A stretch of 64,000 nucleotides of DNA from Macrostomum lignano (lineage: Eukaryota), in the NCBI GenBank assembly GCA_002269645.1, contig NIVC01001981.1, forward strand, positions 1-64,000, in the 5' to 3' direction. Below the pieces are notes generated by a model. It did no database searches. It was not told the DNA's origin and saw only the letters and a list, made by a program, of their open reading frames with translations. Position numbers and translations under genes: made by a program. Below are positions 1-11,378 of this stretch, in pieces; positions within the stretch are counted from its first letter, which is position 1; each line of letters opens with the position of its first letter.

Positions 1-1223
1 ATATTTTTTAAATTGCAGATTGTTGTTTTCAAATTCAAGTAACTTTGAAAGACTCAAAACCATATTTAGGCACTATAGGATTATGATTGGACTGTGTTAG
101 GTCTTTTATTGGCAATGAGTAATCCCCATCTAGCTAGCTAGCTAGCTTGTCCATGACTCCATCGTAGAGATAGTGGTTGTGCTCTTTTGTGCTGAGGTCT
201 GAAGAGTAAGACTGCTGAGGATCGACTTTTAAGGAGTCACGTACAATATGACTAACTTAGCACAAAAATTGTGGTAAATCAGGCAATCTGACTTTCACTT
301 GCAGGTTCGCGCTTGACATTTTAAGGATGATGTTTTTATATGGCTCGTGGCTGGTGCAGTTTATATGCTTTCCTTGTGTTACTGTGTTAGTAGGCCTAGT
401 TAGGCCTAATAGTGACTGCAATTGTTATATTTTATAATCGGCCTAATAATATCAGTATCAATTAAATACATGTATAGTTGGCAGGGTCTACTTGTAAACT
501 TTAGTATGCCTTCAATACTTAGGGCTTATACTAAAAATTATAATATACACTCAGACCATGACTTAGCAATGTATTAAAGTTTCTACCCCAAAGCCTGTGG
601 TCATTGTCAACTAATGAATTATTCATCTGTTAAATAATGAATTAATTAATTAATCAATTAGTTCTTAAATCTTAATATTATCATTAACAATACACTAATA
701 TCAGTTTATTTTTCTTCATATCAGCTTGATTGCAAAATCATCTTAATATAATATAAGCCTATAAATATGATATAAATTGCGTCACTTGGGGCTGCTGAGA
801 GTGAGATCTGAAAAAAGTTGACCACCGGATTTGGGGTGGAAACTTTAACAATAACATGTTGCATGTGTTTCTATTATTAGTTTAGTGATTAGTAGTAATG
901 ATATTATTAGAATATTAGCAATCAGTGCCCCTCATTGGGGAGCCAAAAAATGCAATACAAATTTTTAATAAACTAGGCCTATATGTAGTGTCTCTTTGCA
1001 ATATACCTCAGCAGTCCCTTATAAGCCTTGACATGTTAGCAATTCCTTCTATAAGCCTTAACATATCCATTTCCCTTCTTGACATCTCAGCAATGCCCCC
1101 CCCTTAAACCTTGAAATCTTAAAAAATCTATCAACCTTCTAATCCTAACCCTATAGCCCTACCCTAACCCTAACCATAAAGCATTGAAATTTCAGTAATT
1201 CTCCCTAAGAGTTATTATAGCAC

Positions 1224-1521
1224 CATACATGCGCAACCTCCGAAATTTGGTCGGCCATGCGACTTAGTTTCAACAAAAATGCGACGTAGTTTTTGGCCAA
1301 AAATGCAACTTACATGTAAAAAAACCCTAAAGCAAAATTAACGCAACTTTGGGTAAACGGCAGGAGTAACTATGACTGTCTTATTAAGCCAAAATGCCTC
1401 GTCAGCTACTTAGTACTACTACTTGGTTATTTTTTCGGGTGGGCATTTTTGCGACTTCCTTGGTTGGCCGCCAGATCGGTCGGCCGGATCGGCCGACTCG
1501 GCCGACTGTTGCGCATGTATG
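1224..1521. mobile_element. 298-bp MITE with 14-bp perfect TIRs and 8-bp TSD (hAT- or P-superfamily-like), carrying a 28S rRNA fragment
   Basis: CATACATGCGCAAC at 1224-1237 and its reverse complement GTTGCGCATGTATG at 1508-1521. Direct repeat TATAGCAC at 1216-1223 and 1522-1529. Subterminal GTCGGCC motifs at both ends. Confidence 0.8.
1351..1414 (+). rRNA. 64-bp diverged 28S rRNA fragment (helix 69-71 region), not a functional gene
   Basis: GGGTAAACGGCAGGAGTAACTATGACTGTCTTATTAAGCCAAAATGCCTCGTCAGCTACTTAGT aligns to the conserved 28S sequence GGGTAAACGGCGGGAGTAACTATGACTCTCTTAAGGTAGCCAAATGCCTCGTCATCTAATTAGT. The flanks do not match 28S. Confidence 0.85.
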
Positions 1522-2151
1522 TATAGCACTATAGCATTATAGCAATTCCCTGCAAGCCTCAACATTGTAAAGATTCCCAAATGAATCTCTTAATTTCAAA
1601 TGATGCTTCTTTTATTTTTTATATGACGCTTTTTCTATCAGTGACCCCCCCATGAGGGGCCAACAAATGATGTAACAAAAAGTTTTGAATAAATTATATG
1701 TAGCTTCTGACTTAGCCTTGATATCTTAGTTATTCCTCTATGAGCCTTGACATCTCAGCTATTCCCCTGTAAGCTTTGACATCATAGTAATTCTCTCCAA
1801 GAGTCACAGCACATAGTTTCATGCAACATTTTTTGTCTTTTATGTCTAACATGACACATTTTTTTGTCAAGGCTTGATTCTACTTTTGAATAAACTATGT
1901 TTAAACTACAGCTTCTCTTTGCAATAACCTCAGCAATACTTTGTGATTCTTGACATCTCAGCTATTCCCCTTGCAAGTCTTGACAGCTTAGTGATACCCC
2001 CTATAAACCTTAAAATCTGAAAAATCCCCTGTCAACCTTGAAACCTAAACCTTAACCCAAAACCCAAACCTAACCCTAACCCTAACCCTAAAAGCCTTGA
2101 CATTTCAACAATTCTTTTTCCCTAAGCCTTGACATTTTAGTGATTCCTCCC

Positions 2152-2493
2152 CATATATGCCCAACAGTGAGAACACCCATCTGACCTATCCGAACCGGAT
2201 AGGTGAAATGGCTGCCAGCCAAGGTAAGTCACAAAATTGAAAATGCGAAAAATGAAAATTGAGAGAAAAAAAAGGATAGAAAAGAGAGAGTAAGAGAAGA
2301 AAAAAGAAAAAAGCAAGAAGTCATACAAAGTGAAAATTAAGTCATATTTAGGGGAACTAAATCATAATTGAGAGGAACTAAGTTGCAATTGGGGTTGGGA
2401 GGAACTAAGTTGCAACTGGGAGGAACTAAGTTGCAAATCTGGACAAAACTAAGTCACACTAGATGGGTGAAATTTTGAGGTTGGGCATGTATG
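2152..2493. mobile_element. 342-bp MITE, sibling TIR family of the 1224-1521 element
   Basis: TIRs CATATATGCCCAAC (2152-2165) and GTTGGGCATGTATG (2480-2493), 13/14 match. TSD TTCCTCCC at 2144-2151 and 2494-2501. Internal GGAACTAAGTTGCAA repeats. Confidence 0.8.
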
Positions 2494-2805
2494 TTCCTCC
2501 CCAAGAATCATAGTACTATAGTTATTCTCTTGAAGCCTTGACATCATAGCAATTTCCAAATGAATCTTTTAACTTCAAAATGACTTCTTTTATGTCTATA
2601 TAATGCTTCTTTTCTTTTTTACTTGATGCTTCTTCTAGAATATCAGTAGCTACCCCCCTTAATCTCACTTAATATCAAACAGAAAAAACTAAAAGGATGC
2701 TATAATCCATAGTCAAGAAATTAGTATAGCCTATATTAGAAAAAAATCAAAAAACATTTTGTTAATGTTATGTGTCAAAGCCCATGGCAGTTCTATACCA
2801 CCTAA

Positions 2806-4123
2806 CAGTGTTGGGCACTTCCGTTACCAAGTAACTTGTAAATGGTAACGCAAGTTACTTTTTCGTAAAGCGTTCCTTACGCAAGTTACTTTCCTATTTT
2901 GGTAACAGAGTAACGGTAAGTTACTCAAATTTTGGAAGTCCGTTACAGTTACTTTGCAACGATCGCAATATTTAAATTTAAAACTGATATGCTTAGTTAT
3001 TATGCCAATTGTCACATTTTTAGCATTTTTCATTCCTAAATTCAAAACTAAGTGAATAATATCATACGGTATTACGCTGTAATTAATAAAGAAATACTTG
3101 AAACATGTTTTTACTTTGTTATTTTTGGTAAAATATTTTTGCTTTTCGTTTTTAAGTTAATAAAAATATTTTGTTTAGTTCTTAGAAACAAACAACCAAA
3201 GAAAGAATTTCATCTGTAGTCTCCACTAATCCACTCAGTGATCGACGTAGCCAGGAATTTTAATTGGGGGGGGGCGGGTTGGCTTGGCTGGCCATGCCTC
3301 ATGCCATTTCCACTTTTAGCGCCGCAGGCACTCATTTTAGCGCCGCAGGCACTCATTTTAGCGCCGCAGGCACTCATTTTAGTGCCGCAAGCACTCATTT
3401 TAGCGCCGTAGGCACTCATTTTAGCGCCGCAGGCACTCATTTAAGCGCCGCAGACACTCAATCGCCTCATGGTTTTTGGTACCCGCCACGCCCAACCCTA
3501 CCCCCCCCCCTGGTAGGGTGTCTTGCAGGTGGGGTGAAGTTGCCGCCCCAACGATTGGTAAGGCGGCCTCCCTGGCTACACCACTAAAGTCCACTGGCAC
3601 TGCACTGCACTGCACAATAATTTAATATTAATGATAATAATTGAAAATAAATAAAGACTAGTAAAGTAGACTGTAGAGTGGAGTAAAGCCAGGTACTTAT
3701 TACGAGCAATGTATTATCAAGGACAACTGAAGTTACGTTAAGTTGTCCTTGTGTATTATAACTTATAATGTTATTAAAAATTAAATTGCATTTTGCCTTT
3801 AACGTTTCTGACCTTCAGCTTCTCTTCTTTTTACGGAAAGGGCCTAAAGTGATTAAAATTTAATATAGTTACTGAAATTAATGTTGTTGTATTCTTCCTT
3901 CTGGCTTTCACGATCATTTGTGCTGTTCCAGCACATTTGCAATGTTAAAAAAGCAGAAAATTTTGTTTATAACATAGGTAACGGAAGTAAGTAACGGAAG
4001 TAACTTAAAAGTTACTAGGTTTTTGTTCAAAGTTACTAGGCTAACATAAGTTACTTTTTAAAAAGTGGTAACTTAAGTTACAGTAACGCAAGTTACTTTT
4101 TTAGAGTAACTTGCCCAACACTG
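2806..4123. mobile_element. Non-autonomous hAT-type DNA transposon (1318 bp)
   Basis: TIRs CAGTGTTGGGCA (2806-2817) and TGCCCAACACTG (4112-4123). TSD CCACCTAA at 2798-2805 and 4124-4131. Many subterminal GTAAC/GTTAC motifs. Confidence 0.88.
3236..3586. mobile_element. Nested MITE with internal 21-bp tandem array
   Basis: Imperfect TIRs CAGTGATCGACGTAGCCAGG and CCTGGCTACACCACTA. Near-TSD AATCCACT versus AGTCCACT. About 6-7 copies of GGCACTCATTTTAGCGCCGCA at about 3315-3455. Confidence 0.6.
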
Positions 4124-4782
4124 CCACCTAATACATATTTTTTAATGTACTTTTTAATCTAATACAAATATTTCAATTTTTTATATATTGAAATAAAAAA
4201 CAACAATAACAACTTAATATGCATTTTTCTTAGTTCAAAAATAGAAGAGATCTTAAAATTAAGTTTTCAACATTATTAAAGCTTTGCAATTATCTCCTTT
4301 GTTTACTTTGCTCTTGTTTTATGCTAATATCTACTAGAAAAGACAATAAATTATTTGTTAAGCATTTTTGAAATGCACTTATGAGTATTTGTCAACACAT
4401 TGGGAATGATTTCTAAGTTTTATAAGTGCCAGCAGCCAAGGCTAAGAGTTCCTCTCAAAAGCTTTGAAACTGGCAAAATTTATTCATTTCTATTGCTCTA
4501 CCCCCACCTATGAAAGTATCGATATGAGAAATATGTGTTCCCATAACCATGTCCATATCTGTTTATCTGCCTAAAAGCCTCCATATCTATAACCTATAGT
4601 CATGCCCATAGCTATGGCGGAACTCTAGCTTTTGCATTTATGACTTCAGAAATATGGTCATTTTAAAATATGCCATACTTTTCCTAAAACTACTATCTTC
4701 TGGACTTTTTTCTTTCATGTTTAGACTACTTGTAAGTAGCGGTAAAGACATCTGTTTTTAAAAGAAATCTCGCACAAAGAAA

Positions 4783-7700
4783 ATGTCCGCCCTAGCAACT
4801 AAACGAGACGATTTTTACAAAGATCGCAGCTACGATCCTCTGGCCAAGTATGGCCGAGATCGCAGCGATCTGCTCTCCAAGCTGGACTCCAATTCCTCTT
4901 CTTCGTCTGGCATTGGGAGCAAAGCTCTGGCTGGGGATAAATCCTCTGGTCTGTCCAGCTCCGATGATAAGGCCGCATCCGATGCTGGAGTTGGCTTTGC
5001 TAATTTGCCCAATCAGGTGAGTGACTATTAGGGCATACTACTTGCTTAGTAAGTAGCTTAAATAGTCTCTGTTGTAAAAGTTTATGTAGTAGATGTAAAA
5101 GTAGTGCTGGCTATTTTGCGGCAACGGAATGCCAAATTTTTTAAGCAAATGACGCGAAGATGGGTGCCTATGGCGCCAAAATGAGTGTTTATGGCGACAA
5201 AACGAGAGCCTATTGCGCTAAAATGAGTGCCTATGGCGCTAAAATATGTGTTTTTGGCGCCAAAATGAGTGCCTATAGCGCCAAAATTAAATCTTTATGC
5301 CGCCAAAATGGGTGCCTATTGCACCAAAATGAGTGCCTATGGCGCCAAAATAGTGTTCGTGGCGCTAAAATAGGTGCCCATAGCGCCGAAATGAGTTTTC
5401 ATGGCGCCAAACATCAGTTGCCCCTTACACAGTATTGGTATCATTATATTAGTGTTAGTATTATTCATTTTATCTACAAAATCGTACATATCGTTGCTAA
5501 AAAAACAGATTTATCGTCGGACCGTACGTCGCGGGTTCGAATTCAACTTAATGGTTGTTGGCGAGTCCGGCTTGGGAAAATCGACCTTGCTAAACAGTCT
5601 GTTTCTGTCTGAGCTCTACAATGCCGACCATATGGGACCGTCCAAGCGGATTAAAAAGACGGTATGTGTACTTTTATGGAATTAGAGTTCGTTTGGCACT
5701 GACTATTTCACTGTCTGACTCTTCCAATGTCTAGATAGAGTCTGACTTTTCCTCTGACTCTCATTGAGTTTGACTCCTTCATAGAGTTCGACTACCTTGG
5801 ACTCTCATGCAGTTTGGCTCTTCTGACTCTTTCTCTGACTCATATAGAGTCTGACTCTTTCTCTGACTCATATAGAGTCTGACTCTTTCTCTGACTCTTA
5901 TAGAGTCTGACTCTTTCTCTGACTCTTATAGAGTTTGACTCTTTCTCTGACTCATATAGAGTCTGACTCTTTCTCTGACTCTTATAGAGTCTGACTCTTT
6001 CTCTGACTCTTATAGAGTCTGACTCTTTCTCTGACTCATATAGAGTCTGACTCTTTCTCTGACTCATATAGAGTCTGACTCTTATAGAGTCTGACTCTCT
6101 CTGACTCTTATAGAGTTTGACTCTCTCTGACTCTTATAGAGTCTGACTCTTTCTCTGACTCTTATAGAGTCTGACTCTTTCTCTGACTCTTATAGAGTTT
6201 GACTCTTTCTCTGACTCATATAGAGTCTGACTCTTTCTCTGACTCTTATAGAGTCTGACTCTTTCTCTGACTCTTATAGAGTCTGACTCTTTCTCTGACT
6301 CATATAGAGTCTGACTCTTTCTCTGACTCATATAGAGTCTGACTCTTATAGAGTCTGACTCTCTCTGACTCTTATAGAGTTTGACTCTCTCTGACTCTTA
6401 TAGAGTCTGACTCTTTCTCTGACTCTTATAGAGTCTGACTCTTTCTCTGACTCATATAGAGTCTGACTCTTTCTCTGACTCTTATAGAGTCTGACTCTTT
6501 CTCTGACTCTTATAGTCTGGCTCTTTCTCTGACTCTTCTTCTGACTCTTTCTCTGACTCTTATAGAGTCTGACTCTTTCTCTGACTCTTATAGAGTCTGA
6601 CTCTTTCTCTGACTCTTATAGAGTCTGACTCTTTCTCTGACTCTTATAGTCTGGCTCTTTCTCTGACTCTTCTTCTGACTCTTTCATCTTTTAGAGAGTC
6701 TGACTCTAACACACATCTATTCGCTAATGCTAAATTGCTAGGCCTATTAGACATTATCCAGATCGCAGAAATCTCCGGAATCCCCTCCGCCCCAGGTGTA
6801 CGTGGAGTCGCACACGGTGCTACTCAAAGAGAACTCTGTGCACCTCCGCCTCACCCTGATTGACACCCCCGGATTTGGCGACGCCGTGGACAATTCCAAC
6901 TGCTGGAATCCCGTGCTGGACTACATCGATGCCCGATTCGAGGATCATCTGAACGCCGAGCAGAAGGTCAATCGAGGTCAACTAATCGACAGCCGGGTTC
7001 ACTGCGTACTGTACTTCATCGCGCCAACCGGGCACGGACTCAAGCCGCTGGACATTGAGTTCATGAAGCGACTGCACGACAAAGCCAATGTGGTGCCAAT
7101 TCTAGCCAAGGCCGACTGCATGACCCTGGAGGAGCTGCGCGACTTCAAGAAGACCATCCTGAACGAGCTGGCTCAGCACAAGATTCGAGTTTACGACTTT
7201 CCGGAATCTGTGCTGGCCGCGGCTGCCGCAGCATCCGGCGATTCCAATGCCGCTTCGGATTCTTGCGACGATGAAAAATCGATTAAACGATTGAAAGACC
7301 GACTGCCGTTTGCGGTTGTGGGAGCTAACTGCCTGGTTGAGTCCGCTAGTAAAGGCAGCTCCGGTAAAGTGCGCGGCCGGGCCTATCCTTGGGGCAGCGT
7401 CGAGGTTGAGAATCTTGAGCACAACGATTTCTTAGCTCTGCGCAATCTGATGCTGCGAACTCATATGCAGGACCTGAGGGAGACCACTAACAGTTTGCAC
7501 TATGAGAACTATCGCTACCTCAAGCTTTCCGGCATTGCCCAGGAATCGAAATTTCGCACTACTGACGGCAAAGATCCCATGGCCCAGATGGAGACTGAGA
7601 AACGTGATCACGAGCTGAAGATGCGCAAAATGGAATCCGAAATGGAGGGAGTGTTCGAAATGAAGGTGAGCTTTTTATTTGCTTCATGTTTAGGGTTTTC

Positions 7701-8896
7701 ACAGCGAGTTTCGTAGCATAAAAATTAGGGAATAATAATTGTAGAAATTCATTTTTATTAAAAGCATTAAGTTTGAGGCTTTAAAGTCATAAAGTTTGTA
7801 ACTTACGGTAATAAATTTCGGGATTTCAGAGTCTAATTCTGCGATTTCCGAGTCAAAAAGTTTAGAATTTTAGATTCATAAAGTTGGGGATTCATAGCCA
7901 TAGGGTTTGGGATTTCAGAGTCATGAAGTTAGAGACTGATAGCCATAAAGTTTGGATTTGTAGAGTCATAAGCGTTGGAATTTCAGAGTCATAAAGTTTG
8001 GGATTTCAAAGTCACCATTTGGGATTTCAGAGTCACCATTTGGGATTTCAGAGTCATAAATTTTGGGATTTCAAAGTCACCATTTGGGATTTCAGAGTCA
8101 ACATTTGGGATTTCAAAGTCACCATTTGGGATTTCAAAGTCACCATTTGGGATTTCAGAGTCAACATTTGGGATTTCAAAGTCACTATTTGGGATTTCAA
8201 AGTCACCATTTGGGATTTCAAAGTCACCATTTGGGATTCCAGAGTCACCATTTGGGATTTCAAAGTCACCATTTGGGATTTCAAAGTCACCATTTGGGAT
8301 TTCAGAGTCACCATTTGGGATTTCAGAGTCATAAAGTTTGGGATTTCAAAGTCACCATTTGGGATTTCAGAGTGCTGAAGTTTGGGATTTCAAAGTCACC
8401 ATTTGGGATTTCAAAGTCACAATTTGGGATTTCAGAGTCGTTAAGTTTGGGATTTCAGAGTCGTGAAGTTTGGGATTTCGGAGTCGTGAAGTTTGGGATT
8501 TCGGAGTCATAAAGTTCGGAGTTTCAAGACTCGTGCATTTTGGAATTTAGAATTACATATTTGTCTTATACATCATCACGCACGGTTAAGCTCAATATCA
8601 TTCGCCTACGCATCCCGCAGGTGAAGGAGAAAAAGCAGAAGCTGAAAGACTCCGAGGTGGACCTGCAGCGCCGCGCGGACCAGATGCGCAAACAGCTGGA
8701 ACAGCAGGAGGCCGAGCTGGCAGAACGCCGGCGCCAGTTCGAAGCCGAGAAGCGCGCCTGGGAGTCTGCGCAGGCTCAGGGCGGCGGCGGCGACTACGGA
8801 GACAGCGGCGGAGGTGGCGGCGTGTCCGCCACAATGGACGCCATCCACGGGAAGGAGAAGAGCAAGTCCGAGAAGAAGAAGGGCCTGTTTAAATAA
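4783..8896 (+). CDS. SEPT7: Septin, SEPT7/peanut group; exons 4783-5016, 5509-5661, 6796-7665, 8621-8896 (510 aa)
   Basis: GT-AG junctions, all phase 0. VGFANLPNQ|[27 protein letters not shown]-loop, [11 protein letters not shown], and a C-terminal coiled coil [15 protein letters not shown]|[12 protein letters not shown] ending KKGLFK. Confidence 0.93.
5160..5410. repeat. 21-bp degenerate minisatellite in septin intron 1
   Basis: Unit about ATGGCGCCAAAATGAGTGCCT; reverse-complement relative of the array at 3315-3455. Confidence 0.8.
5715..6710. repeat. 28-bp minisatellite in septin intron 2
   Basis: Unit TTATAGAGTCTGACTCTTTCTCTGACTC, about 35 copies. Confidence 0.95.
7770..8530. repeat. 21-bp minisatellite in septin intron 3
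   Basis: Unit TTTGGGATTTCAAAGTCACCA, degenerate at both edges. Confidence 0.95.
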
Positions 8897-10303
8897 AGTG
8901 CTGAATAACATTATGTACTTTAGAGAGCTGTTATTGAGTTTTTTTAATAAGTGAGCAGTCCTCTGGCTTAGCGGTTCTAGTCTCCCGTCGAACCAAATAT
9001 CGGGCATGAATTTGGCCTTTCTTAGTTAGACAAAAATCTTTTCATCAAATACTCGCTACTTTCTACTTATATTCGATTTACAAGTAGTATTGTGTACGAA
9101 TTATTACTATTATTATTAAAAACAATAATATTTTATCTGGCTTTTCTCTTGCGCGCCCGTATGTAATTAAAAAGTACAACCTGTCCTGTTTAGTTATTTT
9201 GTTTCAACTGTCATTTTGCACTTTTATATTTATTGCTTGAAAACGTTTTCTTCATTCATCGAGCTCGAACGGAAAACGGTGTTATTTGTACCTTTGAATT
9301 ACAACGCCTTCCTAGCTATTAGTTCGATTTAAAATCTGTTTCCAAATCTGTTTCTTTCTGTGCCCGGTTTTGCTTTTTTACGCTTCATTCTCTGCGGTAT
9401 TAATTTAATTTAATTGCAAAAGGATCTCGAACATGCCCGCTTATGCTACTGTCTGTCAACAAGTAGTAGCATGGCAACAAAAAAAAGTTTTTTATTTACG
9501 CATTTTTCATTTCTGCAAATATAATGTGCAGTTTGGGCGCAAGAAACGTATTAATACGATCATCTTTGTCGACCAAAATAGAACGGTAGTTGTACTTTTA
9601 ACTTTCTAATTACATTTTTAGTGTCATTTTTAGCCTAGTCAAGTATTTGGCCCTTTTCAACAGCTGATTGTTTGTTTTGTTGAAAATAAGCCATTAATGT
9701 TACTTGCAAAAGGTTATTATTCATCTAGAACTATTAATTTGCTATTTTATGCTTATGTTACTACTAATTTGAAGTAGTTAATAAGTAGTTTCTACTCATT
9801 TTTGGTTTAGTCCATTTAACTCTGATCATACATTGATATTGCAAGTTTCTTTTTATATGCGCGTTTTTATAAGTTTTTGCTAAGTACATGCTGTACTTTC
9901 TATTAGGCTTGTGTATTTATATTTGCTAAAAATCACAATTAATATGCCCAATTACTTATATTATAGCTTTTTTGCTTCTCCTAATAGTAGCTTAATTACA
10001 AGTTCAAATTGCAATCTCTGAACATTTCTTATCATGCGATTCGAAAGTTGAAAAATTTTAATCGCCATGAATTTACTCTTTTCTGTTAATTGCTACACTT
10101 ATATACATCTACATATATTGCATGTAATATATATTTAAATATACGAAAAATGTATTAGTTCGTATTATTTAATTATAGTTATTGTTTTTAAGTCTGATAT
10201 TATGCCAAGTCATTGGCTTCAATTTGTTGATTTAGACTTTGTTGATTTTAAAGTTTTTATTTAGGCTGTTATACCAGCAATATTAGATAACAGCCTACTC
10301 ACT

Positions 10304-11019
10304 AGCCAGTCAATCCCTTATCACTAAATGTACACTGGCCAGTCAATCCCTTATCACTAAATGTACACTAGCCAGTCAATCCTTTACCCCTCAATGTACA
10401 TTAGCCAGTCAATCCCTACCACTAAATGTACACTAGCCAATCGAATAACTTTGTATCGCAGTCCTTAAAATAAAAAAATCACTTAAATGCATGCGATCGC
10501 GTATTTCCCAGTCCATACATTGATAATTTGGTAAAAACAGACGGCTAAAAGCAATCGATCCACAGCTCAATGTCTTCGGGTCTGCCATCTGGATGGAGCT
10601 CCAAGGTCAGCAGCAAAACTGGTCGGACCTATTATGTTAACGACGTCACCAAGGAGACGCAGTGGGAAGTGCCTACTCATCCGGCTACAGGTAATTATAA
10701 GTTTAATGCAGCGTTTTTCCTTACATGTTTTGCCAATCTCTTCCCATCAAATACACAGGCCAGTCAATCCCTACCCCTCAATGTACACTAGCCAGTCAAT
10801 CCTTACCTCTCAATGTACGCTAGCCAGTCAATCCCTTACCACTTAATGTACACTAGCCAGTCAATCCTTACCCCTCAATGTACACTAGTCAGTCAATCCC
10901 TTACCCCTCAATGTACACTAGCCAGTCAATCCTTACCCCTCAATGTACACTAGCCAGTCAATCCTTACCCCTCAATGTACACTAGCCAGTCAATCCCTTA
11001 CCCCTCAATGTACACTTAG
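10304..11019. repeat. 32-33-bp minisatellite present both upstream of the Pin1 ATG (about 10304-10440) and in its intron (about 10755-11019)
   Basis: Unit AATGTACACTAGCCAGTCAATCCCTTACCCCTC. Confidence 0.9.
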
Positions 11020-11378
11020 GCGACGGCGGACACGGCAGGGGCGGCACCGTGCGCTGCCTCCACCTGCTCGTGAAGCACCGCGGCTCGCGCCGCCCGTCCT
11101 CCTGGAAGGAGCAGACGGTGACTCGCAGCCAGGAGGAGGCTGAGGCCATGGTGAAAGAGTTCCGCCGCCGAATCGTGTCCGGGGAAGCGAGTTTCGAGCA
11201 GCTGGCCGAGCTTGAGTCGCACTGCAATTCGGCCAAACGAGGCGGCGACCTCGGCGCCTTCGGCCGCGGCCAGATGCAGCCGCCCTTCGAGGAGGCCGCT
11301 TTCGCTTTGCAGGTTGGCGAGATCAGCGACCTGGTGTACACCGACAGCGGGGTGCACATTATCAAGCGGGTCGCCTGA
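10570..11378 (+). CDS. PIN1: Peptidyl-prolyl isomerase Pin1 (WW + parvulin); exons 10570-10690, 11020-11378 (159 aa)
   Basis: WW domain (GW..YYVN..QWEVP). Phase-1 intron G|GTAATT...TTAG|GC. Parvulin motifs [37 protein letters not shown] at 11414-11419. Confidence 0.95.

Larger units (their letters stand above)
900..2650. repeat. Old degenerate repeat mosaic with telomere-like (CCCTAA)n patches
   Basis: Recurrent CCTTGACAT...AGCAATTC motifs; CCTAAC runs at about 1143-1175 and 2043-2090. Confidence 0.5.

Noticed and set aside
1143-2090. (CCCTAA)n patches as a true telomere or chromosome fusion site
   Set aside because: They are short, degenerate and embedded in dispersed repeats; more likely part of mobile elements.
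5160-5685. ORFs 5160-5612 and 5401-5685 as separate genes
   Set aside because: The first is a repeat translation; the second is intron read-through into septin exon 2.
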